The notes beneath the pieces are model-generated. The model saw only the letters and a program-made list of their open reading frames with translations, was not told where the DNA came from and searched no databases. From Anaeramoeba ignava BMAN (lineage: Eukaryota > Protista > Anaeramoebae), in assembly GCA_028826165.1 (NCBI GenBank), contig JAPDFW010000057.1, positions 186,001 through 250,000 of the forward strand: a stretch of 64,000 nt of DNA. The letters are read 5' to 3'. The position numbers were made by a program, and so were the translations under genes. Shown piece by piece: positions 12,821 to 24,200 of this stretch; within the stretch, counting starts at the first letter, position 1, and each line of letters starts with the position of its first letter.

Positions 12821-14122
12821 ATGAATTTAACTCCAATTTTTAAAGAATTTGTTAATGGAATTAAAACTATTGAAAAACAAGAAGAAGGATTTGAAAAAAT
12901 TCATAAATTAGCAGAAAATTTATTAATAAAACAAGATGAATTAAGTACTTTACAACAAACAATTATTCAAGAAAAAGCAATTTCAAAAGAAAATTTAGAA
13001 ATTCTTTTTAAAAAATCAAAAGAAATTAAAAGAATTTTTTCAAAAATTAATCGTTTAGAATTATTTGTTAATGATGTAAAAAATACTTTAAATCTTTTAA
13101 AATCTCAAGTTGAACAAGAAACTTCTAAATCTTCATTTTTTTCAAGACTTAAAAAATCAAGAAAAAAAAATGATGATTCAAAAGAAAAACAGAATCAAGA
13201 ATTAAAAGAAAAAATTGATTTAAATATAATTGAAAAAATGGAAAAATATGGATTAAAACCGAAAAATAAACCAAAAGCACAAAATTTAAAAGAAGATGAA
13301 AAACAAAATTTAAAAGAAGAAGAAAAACAAAATTTAAAAGAAAAACAAAAACAAAATGAAAAACAAAATGAAAAACAAAAACAAAATGAAAAACAAAAAC
13401 AAAATTTAAAAGAAGATGAAAAACAAGAACAAGAACAAAAACAAGAACAAAAACAAGAACAAAAACAAAAAAAAACAAAAACAAAATTAAAAAGAAAATG
13501 AAAAACAAAAACAAAAACCAAAATCGAATAAACACAAAAAAGATAAAACAAAAGATAATTTAAAGGAAGATAAACAAAAACAAAATGAAAAACAAAAACA
13601 AAATGAAAAACAAAATGAAGAACAAAATGAAAACAAAAACAAAATGAAAAACAAAAACAAAATGAAAAACAAAAACAAAATGAAAAACAAAATGAAAAAC
13701 AAAAACAAAATGAAGAACAAAAACAAAATGAAAAACAAAAACAAAATGAAAAACAAAATGAAAAACAAAAACAAAATGAAGAACAAAAACAAATGAAAAA
13801 CAAAAACAAGATGAAAAACAAGATGAAAAACAAAATGAAGAACAAAAACAAAATGAAAAACAAATTGAAAAACAAAGATGAACAAAAACAAAATGAAAAA
13901 CAAAATGAAGAACAAAATGAAGAACAAAAACAAAATGAAAAACAAAAACAAGAACAAAAACAAAATGAAGAACAAAAACAAAATGAAAAACAAATTGAAA
14001 AAGAAGATGAAAATGAAAACAAAATGAAAAGCAAAATGAAGAACAAAAACAAAATGAAAAACAAATTGATGATGAAAATGAAAATCAAGAAAAATGAATT
14101 AAAAATCTTTCTTTTTTTTTAA
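12821..14122 (+). CDS. BLOC1S4: BLOC-1 subunit 4 (cappuccino/CNL1)-like coiled-coil protein with a low-complexity E/K/Q/N tail (frameshifted after ~13480)
   Basis: IFSKINRLELFVNDVKNTLNLLKSQVEQ resembles the conserved IYxxIDxLEAFVxxVxxxxxxMExQV segment. True 3' end uncertain (13501 or ~14122). Confidence 0.6.
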
Positions 14123-14221
14123 TTAAAAGAAAATGGAAGAAATCAAAATTAAAAAATTAAAGAATTAAAGAATTAAAGAATTAAAAAAAAGAAAAAACTT
14201 TCAAATTAATTTTGTTTGAAA

Positions 14222-17200
14222 TTAATTTTTTTTGGATTGTTTAATTTCTTCAATTTCTTTTGCTAATTGTTCATTTAAAGAACAAGCTTTTTGGAATTCA
14301 TGAATTTTAGCAACATATTTTCTTTGTTTTTTAGATAATTCTTGAAATTGTTTTGAAAGTAAATCAAATTTAGTTTGTTCTTCTTCAAGAACTTTATGAA
14401 CTTGTTGAGCATTTCTTGAAACTCCATCAATAATTTGTTCAAAAGATTGAATAAATTGTTGTTTAGTATTTTCTGTTTTCATAGAAGGTTGAAAACCAGC
14501 ATTAATTTTATTTAAGAAAGCAAGCTAATTTTTTTAAGTTTTTAATTTAATTTTAATTTGAATTTTAATTTTTATAAATGAATTTTAATTTTTATAAATG
14601 AATTTTAAAAATCTACTTCTTTTTCAAGAATAGCTTTTTCATCTTCAAGTGAATTATATGTATTAAAATGTTTCTTAGTTTCATAAACTTTTGTATTCAT
14701 TTGTTGATATAATTCAACAAATCTTTTTTCATATTGAATTAATTCTGCTCTTGTTGGAACTGATTCAATTTTTCTTTGTAAAATAGCAATATTCTATTTT
14801 ATTTAAATTAATTTTAAATATTTTATTTAATTTTTTGGAATTTTATTTAAAAAATTTAACTCTAAGTATTTCTCCAAGTGATTGTCTAAGTTGTTGATTT
14901 TTTGATAATTCTTGACTATAATTATCATTAATAGTTTTTTCTCTTGAATTTGTATCAACTTCTTCAACATTTCCAAATGATTCAATCATTTCCTATTAAT
15001 TTTTTTTTAATTTTAATTTATTAATTTATTTAATAATCTTATTTATAAATTTACATTAATTCGATCTCTTTCTTTTCTACAATGATTTTTAAATTCTTCT
15101 TCTTGTTTTTTCAAATTTTCTGTAAGAGATAATAATTGTTGTAAAATTCGAATAATTTTAGCAACTTCTTCATTCTTTTATTTTTTTTAAAAAATATTTT
15201 AATATTTATATATATTTTTTTTCCAATAAAATTCCTAAATAATTTTTTTTAATACTTGTTCAATTTTTTCAAATCTTTGAATTTCAGAAATAATTCTATC
15301 TTTATATTGAACTCTTTTTTCAAATTGTTCTTTCATAGAATCAAGTTTTTCTTGAGCTTCTTCTCGATTTTTTTTTACACTTAAAGCTTTTCTTTAAAAT
15401 ATAAAAAAAATTTATATAAATATAAATTAATTCAAATTTATTTATAAAATATTTAACAAACTCTTTAATCTTTTCAATTTGTTCATTCATTTTAGAAACT
15501 TTTCTTTCATGAGCTTCTTGAAGAAGTTCTTGTTGTTTTTTATCAAATATTCCAAGATTTTCAGTTTCCTATTTTAAATAAATAAATAAATAAGAATTTT
15601 TTAATCAATTATCAAAAAAAATTGTTTTAAAATAAAAACCTTTGTATATTCACTAGAAAGTTGATAAATTTCTTGACTTCTAATTCCAACTATATTTCCA
15701 AGAGTTTTTGCAGAAATTTTATTTGTATCTGATTCAATTTCACTAAGTTTATTCATCATTTCTTGAACTTCTTTTTGTTGTTTTTCATTTTCATTAATAG
15801 TTTCTTTTGAAGTTTGCATTGCAACTAATTTTTTTGCAAAATCTGAACTTTTTGAATGTTCTTGTTTTGTTTTTTCGTTTTTTGCAATCTTTTTTTTTTT
15901 AAATTTAATAATTTTTATAAATTTTATAAATGAATTTTTCATTTTGAAATTGATTTATACTGTTTTAAAATGACTTCCATATTCTAATAAAGTTGATTGA
16001 ATTCTCATTTCAGGTGAAGGATTTGATTTTAAAATTCTTCTAAATTTTCTTTGAGGTTTATATCTTGATTGAGTAGAAGAAAAATGAATTTGAGATTTAG
16101 GGAAAGATTGATCAAAATTAGTATCTGAAGGAAGAGAATAATTATTATGAAATTGATGAATAGAAAATTGTTTAATAATATCTCCAGTTTCTTCTCGAAT
16201 TTCAAGAACTTGTCTAACAAGCCATTGAATAACTGGAAAAATTGCTTCTGTATCAAGTCCTGAAATTTGAAATGATTGAAGTGGAAATGGACATCTCATT
16301 TGTTTTAATGCTTTTTCAATTTCTTCTCCAAGTTTAATTTTTTCTCCAATTTTAGCTTCTTGATGAAATACAACCTCTTTTAAAATTAAAATTTATTTAT
16401 AATTAAATTAAAATTAAAATTCATTTATAATTAAATTAAAATTAAAATTAAAATTAAAATTAAAATTAAAATTAAAATTAAAATTAAAATTAAAATTAAA
16501 ATTAAAATTAAAATTAAAATTAAAATTAAAATTAAAATTAATATTAAAATTAAAATTAAAATTAAAATTAAAATTAAAATTAAAATTAAAATTAAAATTA
16601 AAATTAATATTAAAATTAAAATTAAAATTAAAATTAAAATCAAAATTAAAATTAAAATTTAAAATTAAAATCAATTTAAAATTAAAATTAATTAAATTAA
16701 AATTAAAATTAAAATTAAAATTAAAATTAAAATTAAAATTAAAATTAAAATTAAAATTAAAAATTAAAATTCATTATTAAAATTAAATGTTATTAAAATT
16801 AAAATTAAAATTAAAATTAAAATTAAAATTAAAATTAAAATTAAAATTAAAATTAAAATTAAAATTAAAATTAAAATTAAAATTAAAATTAAAATTAAAA
16901 TTAAAATTAAAATTAAAATTAAAATTAAAATTAAAATTAAAATTAAAATTAAAATTAAAATTAAAAATTAAAATTAAAATTAAAATTAAAATTAAAATTA
17001 AAATTAAAATTAAAATTAAAATTAAAATTAAAATTAAAATTAAAATTAAAATTAAAATTAAAATTAAAATTAAAATTGAAATTAAAATACTTGAATCAAC
17101 ATCAATATTTGCATAAGTTAAACACCAAGCCATTCCACCAATAATTTTATCTAATTGAGAAAGACCTTGAATTCTTGCTCTAAAATAACCAGCTGCTAAT

Positions 17201-17325
17201 AACATATCAATAATTTGATTGTATTTAATTTCTGTTTCATCTAATTCATCTTCTTGATTGTTTTCATTGTTTTCATTATTTTTATTTTTATTTTTTTTAC
17301 GATAACTTGAAAGAACAATTGACAT
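14222..17325 (-). CDS. CCDC93: Coiled-coil domain-containing protein 93 (CCC/Commander complex), 9 exons
   Basis: [63 protein letters not shown]. All 8 introns are GT-AG and in phase. Confidence 0.95.
16385..17085. repeat. (AAAATT)n hexamer satellite in CCDC93 intron 1
   Basis: Directly visible; source of the ILIL/FNFN/KLKL ORFs. Confidence 0.95.
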
Positions 17326-17585
17326 TTAAAATAAAAAAGAAAAAGAAGAAAAAAGAAGAAAAATGAAAAAAAGAAAATTAATTAAAGAAATTTTTTTTTG
17401 TTTATTTTTTTTTTAATTAAAAAAATTTTTTTTTTTAAATTTTTTTTTCATTTTTTTCCTTTCTTTTTTTTATATCAATTTAGAAAGTAAAACATAATTA
17501 AAAAATAAAAACAAAAACAAAAACAAAAATAAAAACAAAAAAAAAATTTTTTTTAAATTAAAAATTTTATTTAGAATAAAAATAA

Positions 17586-18600
17586 ATGAAAAGATTAACT
17601 TATCGTAGAAGACATCCTTATAATACAAAATCTAATCGAGTTAAAGTTGTTAGAACACCAGGAGATAGACATATTTATCATTATGTTAAGAAAAGAGTAA
17701 AGGGAAGAAGATGTGGTGTTACTGGAGTTACTCTTCATGGTGTAAATATAAATATTATAATTATAATCAAAATTAAAATTAAAATTAAAATTAAAATTAA
17801 AATTAAAATTAAATATAATTAAAATTAAAATTAAAATTAAAATTAAAATTAAAATTAAAATCAAAATAAAAATTATAATTATAATTAAAATAAATATTAA
17901 AATTAATATTATAATTAAAATTAATATTAATATTAAAATTATAATTATAATTAATATTAAAATTAAAATTAAAATTAAAATTAAAATTAAAATTAAAATT
18001 AATATTAAAATTCATTTATAAAATTAAAATTAAAATTAAAATTAAAATTAAAATTAAAATTAAAATTAAAATTAAAATTAAAATTAAAATTAAAATTAAA
18101 ATTAAAATTAAAATTAAATTAAAATTAAAATTAAAATTAAAATTAAAATTAAAATTAAAATTAATATTAAAATTTAAATTCATTTATAAAATTAAAATTA
18201 AAATTAAAATTAAAATTAAAATTAAAATCAAAATAAATATTAAAATTAAAAATTCATTTATAAAATTGAAATTAATATTACTGTTAAAATAAAATTGATT
18301 TTAAAATTAAAATTTAAATTCATTTATAAAATTAAAATTAAAATTAAAATTAAATTTAAAATTAAAAGAAAAATAAAATTAAAATTTTTATAATTAAAAT
18401 TATAAAAACTTATATTTAAAAACTTCTTGAATCAAGAAGACATCAAAAAGAGATAAGAAAGTTTATCGCTTAAATGTTTAAACAAATAAATAGGTATTGA
18501 TTTTATTATTATAATTTGCAAAAACAAATTTAAAAACCAAAAAAATAAGAATAATTCAGTTCATTTTAAAAGAAGAACAAACTTATATTAAAAAGAAATT
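17586..18600 (+). CDS. RPL34: 60S ribosomal protein eL34. Exon 17586-17741 is intact; downstream exons (~18420-18493 and ~18550-18600+) are recognisable but indel-ridden. Probable 5'-UTR intron 17487-17574
   Basis: MKRLTYRRRHPYNTKSNRVKVVRTPG..CGVTGVTLHG. Remnants read LESRR(T)SKRDKKVYR and RII(R)SF(L)KEEQTYIKK. Confidence 0.85.
17765..18400. repeat. (AAAATT)n-type satellite in the RPL34 intron
   Basis: Directly visible. Confidence 0.9.
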
Positions 18601-18709
18601 TAAAAGAAATTTAAAAGAAGAAATGAAATTTAAAATAAAAGAAAAGAAAAAGGTAAAAAATTTAAAACAATTTAAAAAACCAAAAACCAATAAAAAAAAA
18701 GCAGACAAA

Positions 18710-18980
18710 ATTTAAAAACAATTTAAAAAGAATTTAAAAAGAATTTTAAAAAGAAATTTAAAAACAAATTTAAAACAAATTTTAAAAGAATTTAAAAACA
18801 AATTTAAAAACAAATTTAAAAACAAATTTAAAAACAAATTTAAAACAAATTTAAAAACAAATTTAAAAACAAATTAAAAACAAATTTAAAAAGAATATTT
18901 AAAAAGAAATTTAAAAACAAATTTAAAAAGAATTTTAAAAGAATTTTAAAACAAATTTAAAAGAAATTTAAAAAGAATTT
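18710..18980. repeat. ~13-bp tandem repeat (TTTAAAAACAAAT and variants) downstream of RPL34
   Basis: Directly visible. Confidence 0.85.
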
Positions 18981-19142
18981 TTTTGATTTTTTTGATTTTT
19001 TTGATTTTTTTTTAATAATAAATTAAAAAGGAGAAAATTTCATTTTTTTTTTTAAATTTTTTTTTTCTTAATTTAAAAAAAAAATGGGGAAAATTTAAAA
19101 TTTCATTTTTTCTTTTCTCATTAAAATAAAAAAAAATCAAAT

Positions 19143-21092
19143 ATGGATTCTTCACTTTTTGAACTTATAAAATGTTCCAACTGCAAAGAAATATTTCAAG
19201 ATAACTGTCGAGATCTTCCAGTCTGCACGCACTCATTATGTACGAAATGCCTTAACAAAGCAACAGAAGTTGAAAAAATTGGGGACAATTTACAAAGCCT
19301 AGAATTTGCAATACGGGTTGTATGCCCAGTATGCGGGGCGAGTTTCAAGATGGGACAAGACGTTGAAGACGAACTACCGCTTAACGAGACGATCAACTTT
19401 ATTGGGGGATTATATCGGTTAGTAAATGAGAATTTCAGTAAGAAAAAACAGTGTGGCGAGTGTGAAAAACGGGAAGCAGAGTTTTACTGCAAAACATGCA
19501 AGGCGCATTTATGCAAGGAGTGTTCGGACTTGATCCACACAAGCAAGATGTTCAAGAAGCATGAGCTCATTGCGAGCAAACTTGCGTTGAGCGCAGAAAG
19601 CGCGCTGTTTAAGTGCCCAAAGCACCCGTCAAAAACAAAGGAATATTATTGCAAAGATTGTGATGCTTCTTTATGTATTGATTGTCTCTTTTTGGAAAAT
19701 CACAAAGATCACGTGATTGTCGAACTCGGCAAGATTTTCCAGGGATCCACTGGCAGAATCAAGCAGCAGCTCAATAAAACTTCGCAAACAATTGAGCGCA
19801 TCATCCAATTTGACAAGCATTTGGAAAACTTACTTTCCGAAATCGAAATCAATAAGGACCAAATTCTTGGTGATGTCGAGCTCAATTCCCAGGAGGCTCG
19901 CAGATACATCGATTCCGCAAAGCAAAGGGTCATGATCCAGACAGATTTTCTTTTCAACGAAATGAAATCAAAGAGCGAACTCATTCAAACTGCTATTCAA
20001 AGAAGAATCAATGAAATGACGCTTTGCCAAAATACCGCCAAAGAAGTTATGCAGTTCAAAAACAACGCCTTGATTCTCAACGAAATCGAGGCCGTTATCA
20101 CATTTCTTCAGCAGATTTCCGACGTTCCTGAATTCGAGGATGTTGAGCCAGAAGACTTCGAAATTGAGTCAGCATTTGCCGATCCAAATGAAATTTTTCG
20201 CGGATTCGGGAAAATTTTAGGGAAAACCGGACCGCAACATTTTGGAGGAGGGGTTATTGAGATTACTGGCCAGGAAGAGTTTCCTGAGAAAATTGTCTGC
20301 GAGCAATTAATTATCAAAAACGGGGGAGTTCTTACTGTGAAACCCTGGGATGGAACAAGCGGCGGTACATTGAAAATCTACGCAAAACAGCGCGTGGTTA
20401 TTGAGAAGGGCGGGCGCATTGATCTCAGCGGGAAGGGCTATCGCGGTGGCGATGCTGTTGCGCAATCTTTCAACGGAAAGGCCAATCAAGGAGAGTCTTA
20501 TTTGGGATATGGAGGCGATGATCAAGTCGCGAATTCCGGTGGCGGAGGTGCCGGATTAGGTTCCAGTGCCTTCGGTGGCTTTGGTGGCGGCGGCGGTGGA
20601 TACGGCGATCAAGGCAAAGATGCTGAGGCTAATCGTTATAGCGGCCAGCTTCATCCTGGTGCTAAAGGAGGTGAGATCTACGGTGATGAAAAAATCTCAA
20701 CTCTCTATCTCGGTTCAGGTGGTGGCTCAGGCCATCCTTACTCAAATGGTCAAACAAAAGGAAAAGGCGGCAACGGCGGTGGTGCTATCTTCATCCAGTC
20801 TCGTTCCCTTTCTAATGATGGCGAAATTCTTTGCAACGGTGAGAACGGTGAAGATGCTGTAAACTCAACTTATGGTTCTGGTGGCGGCGGTGGAAGTGGT
20901 GGTTCCATTTTGATCATCGCTAATCTTACTAATAACGGCACAATCTCTGCTAAAGGTGGTCTTGGTGGAAAGGCTTTCCCTTCTGCTTCTCCTGGTATTA
21001 ATTCTTCTGGTGGTGCTGGTGGTGATGGTAGAATTGCTGTTTTCGGTCCAGCAAAAGGAATTAGTTCTACTCCTGCTTGGAAAAAATTCTAA
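19143..21092 (+). CDS. TRIM-like RING + B-box1 + B-box2 + coiled coil + glycine-rich (polyglycine-II type) domain protein; intronless
   Basis: C-x2-C..C-x-H-x2-C-x2-C..C-x2-C RING; CGEC..YCKTC..LCKEC..IH..KHE; CPKH..YYCKDC..LCIDC..HKDH. C-terminal GGGAG/GGGGGGYG/GSGGGSG/GGNGGGAI blocks. Confidence 0.85.
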   Translation: MDSSLFELIKCSNCKEIFQDNCRDLPVCTHSLCTKCLNKATEVEKIGDNLQSLEFAIRVVCPVCGASFKMGQDVEDELPLNETINFIGGLYRLVNENFSKKKQCGECEKREAEFYCKTCKAHLCKECSDLIHTSKMFKKHELIASKLALSAESALFKCPKHPSKTKEYYCKDCDASLCIDCLFLENHKDHVIVELGKIFQGSTGRIKQQLNKTSQTIERIIQFDKHLENLLSEIEINKDQILGDVELNSQEARRYIDSAKQRVMIQTDFLFNEMKSKSELIQTAIQRRINEMTLCQNTAKEVMQFKNNALILNEIEAVITFLQQISDVPEFEDVEPEDFEIESAFADPNEIFRGFGKILGKTGPQHFGGGVIEITGQEEFPEKIVCEQLIIKNGGVLTVKPWDGTSGGTLKIYAKQRVVIEKGGRIDLSGKGYRGGDAVAQSFNGKANQGESYLGYGGDDQVANSGGGGAGLGSSAFGGFGGGGGGYGDQGKDAEANRYSGQLHPGAKGGEIYGDEKISTLYLGSGGGSGHPYSNGQTKGKGGNGGGAIFIQSRSLSNDGEILCNGENGEDAVNSTYGSGGGGGSGGSILIIANLTNNGTISAKGGLGGKAFPSASPGINSSGGAGGDGRIAVFGPAKGISSTPAWKKF

Positions 21093-21281
21093 AATCTTTC
21101 TTTTCTTCTTTTCTCTTCTTCTCTCTTCTTTTTATATTTCTTTTCTCTTTTTTTTTTAAAAAAGCAAAAAAAAAATTTTCCCGAATTCTAAAAAAAAAAT
21201 TTTTTTCTTTCTTTTTATTTTTGCTTTTTTAAAAAAGAAATAATTTTTTTTTTCCTTATTCTCTTATTCTTTTATTCCTTC

Positions 21282-24200
21282 TTAATTTAAAAATCTAACC
21301 ATTTCTTTAATACTTTCAAAAAGTGTAACAACTCTTCGATCTGGTTTTGAAGGAAGAACTGAATCCAAAAGATTCAAACAACCGATAACTTGTTTGTGAT
21401 ATCTGCGAACCAAAGCAAAAAGCAAACCCGAAACTTCATCAAACCAAGAATCAAACGGGTTTGCTTGATTTTTATCACTAATTTCCATATGAGAAGAGAT
21501 GACAACAAAAAACTTTTGGATGAGATTGAGGAAAATTTCCTTTTCTTCGTTAATAACTTCTGAATAAACATTTTCCAAATCAACATCCATTTGCAAATCT
21601 GAATCTGATCCAAATTCATCTTCTCCAATAACTTGTTTTTTTTCATCTTCTGTTTCTTGTTTCTTTTGCTTTTTTTTGCGGACTATTCTTGATCTTCTTG
21701 TTGAATGAATTAGTGCATTTGAAAGAATTTCCCAAAGTGAACTTGAATGGAAAAGTTGTTTGTTTTCGATTGAAATGAACCAGTTAATTATTGATTGAAT
21801 ATCTATTATATTCAATTCTAAGAATTTGTTCATTATTAATGAAATATGTTGAGCAGATTTTTGCCAAAACTGGTAAACTATTGAAACAATTGCTTGTTTT
21901 TGTTTTGGGAGTTTGTTCAGGTGAATTAAGATTGGTGAATATCTAATCAACAAATTAATATGAAATTTAATAATTAATTTTATAATTAATTTTATAATCA
22001 ATTTTATAATCAATTTTATAATTAATTTTATAATCAATTTTATAATTAATTTTATAAATTAATCATTTTATTTTTAATAAATAATTTTTAAATAAATAAT
22101 TTTATAAATAATTTTTAATAAATAATTTTTAATAAATAATAATTTTTAATAAATAATTTTAAATAATTTTTATATAAATATTTTTATATTTTTTATAAAT
22201 AAATAATTTTTATAAATAATTTTTATAAATAATTTTATAAATAATTTTTATAAATAATTTTATAAATAATTTTATAAAAATAATTTTATAAATAATTTTT
22301 ATAAATAATTTTATAAAATAATTTTATAAATAATTTTTATAATAATTTTATAATTTTATAAATAATTTTATAAATAATTTTTATAAAATATTTTATTTTT
22401 TATAAATAATTTTATTTTTATAATTTTATAAATAATTTTTTATTTATAATTTTATAAATAAATTTTTTTAATTTTAATTTTTATAAATATTTTTTTATTT
22501 TATAATTTTATAAAATAATTTTAAATTTATAATTTTATAAATAATTTTATAAAATAATTTAATAATTAATTTTATAAATAATTTTATAATTAATTTTATA
22601 ATTAATTTTATAAATAATTTTTATATGAAATTTTAATAATTAATTTTATAAATAATTTTATTTATAATTTTATAATTAATAATTTTATATTTTATAAATA
22701 ATTTTATATTTAATTTTATATTTAATTTTATAAATTTTTATATTTAATTTTATAAAATAATTTTATAAATAATTTTATAAATAATTTTATATTTAATTTT
22801 ATATATAATTTTATATAAATAATTTAATAAATAATTTTTAATAAAATAATTTATAAAAAATAATTTTATAAATAATTTTATAAATAATTTTATAAATAAT
22901 TTTATAAATAATTTTATAAATAATTTTATAATTAATTTCATATTTAATTTTTTGTATAAATAATTTTATAAATAATTTTATAAATAATTTTATATTTAAT
23001 TTTATAATTAATTTTATAATTTAATTTTATAATTAATTTTATAAATAATTTTATAAATAATTTTATAAATAATTTTATATTTAATTTTATAATTAATTTT
23101 ATAAATAATTTTATAAATAATTTTATAAATAATTTTATATTTAATTTTATAAATAATTTTATAAATAATTTTATATTTAATTTTATATTTTAATTTTATT
23201 TATAATTTCATTGTACTTCTCAATTTTTGCAAATATATGCGTAAAACTTTTTGATCCTGATTGAAGTAATGCTTGAGTAGTCATATCAATTACAGTATCA
23301 AAAGGAATACTTGGAATTATTTCAGTATCAAGCCAATGAATAATTTTCTCAGGTTGTTCTTTATTTTGCAATTTACTCAGCAATTCTGTTGATTTAATTG
23401 CAACCTTATTATGCAATTCCTGTTTCTCCTTTTCTTCTTGAGTTTTTGCTTCAACTGAAGAAATACCTAAATAAGAAAATTTAGGTTCAACAATTGGAGG
23501 CATTAAAATTTTCATTTTTTCTGGAAGTGCTTGCAAAATTCTCTTATGATAAGATAACCGAATGCATCTTACTAAAATATCATTTATAAACTTTCTTTTT
23601 GTATTTGTGGGATTTAATTCAACAACTTCTCCCCAACTTTCCCACTTCCAAATAAATTGAAAATTTGATAAATGAACTGCAAACCATTCAACAAATCGAT
23701 AATAACATTCAGTTTCAAATAAAGTCAATTTTTGGAAACATGAATCAATTAATATTCCTAATCGTGGTGGAATTTTTGATTCTCGAAATAAATGAATAAA
23801 AGTTCTTGTATAATACATTAAATGAGAAGGAGATCTTGGCAAAATGAAAATTTGAGCGAATGATGTCTTTTTTATATTTTTAAATTTAAATATTATTTTT
23901 AATTTAATATTATTTTTTAATTAAATATTATTTTTAAATTTAATAATATTTTTAAATTTAATATTATTTTTAAATTAATTATTATTTTTAAATTTAATAT
24001 TATTTTTAAATTAAATATTATTTTTTTAAAATTATTTTTAAAAATATTATTTTTAAAAATTTTAATATTATTTTTAAATTTAATATTATTTTTAAAATTA
24101 AAAATATTATTTTTTTAAAAATTAAATATTATTTTTAAATTAAATATTATTTTTTTAAAATTAAATATTATTTTTGAATTAAATATTATTTTTAAAATTA

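Noticed and set aside
17478-17492. AG-AAA-GT island upstream of RPL34, similar to the 847-849 micro-exon
   Set aside because: It lies ~35 nt after the Inr-like motif with no donor in between, so it is best read as the end of a 5'-UTR exon. It shows that a single island can occur by chance; the ankyrin case rests on five in-phase islands that restore the consensus.
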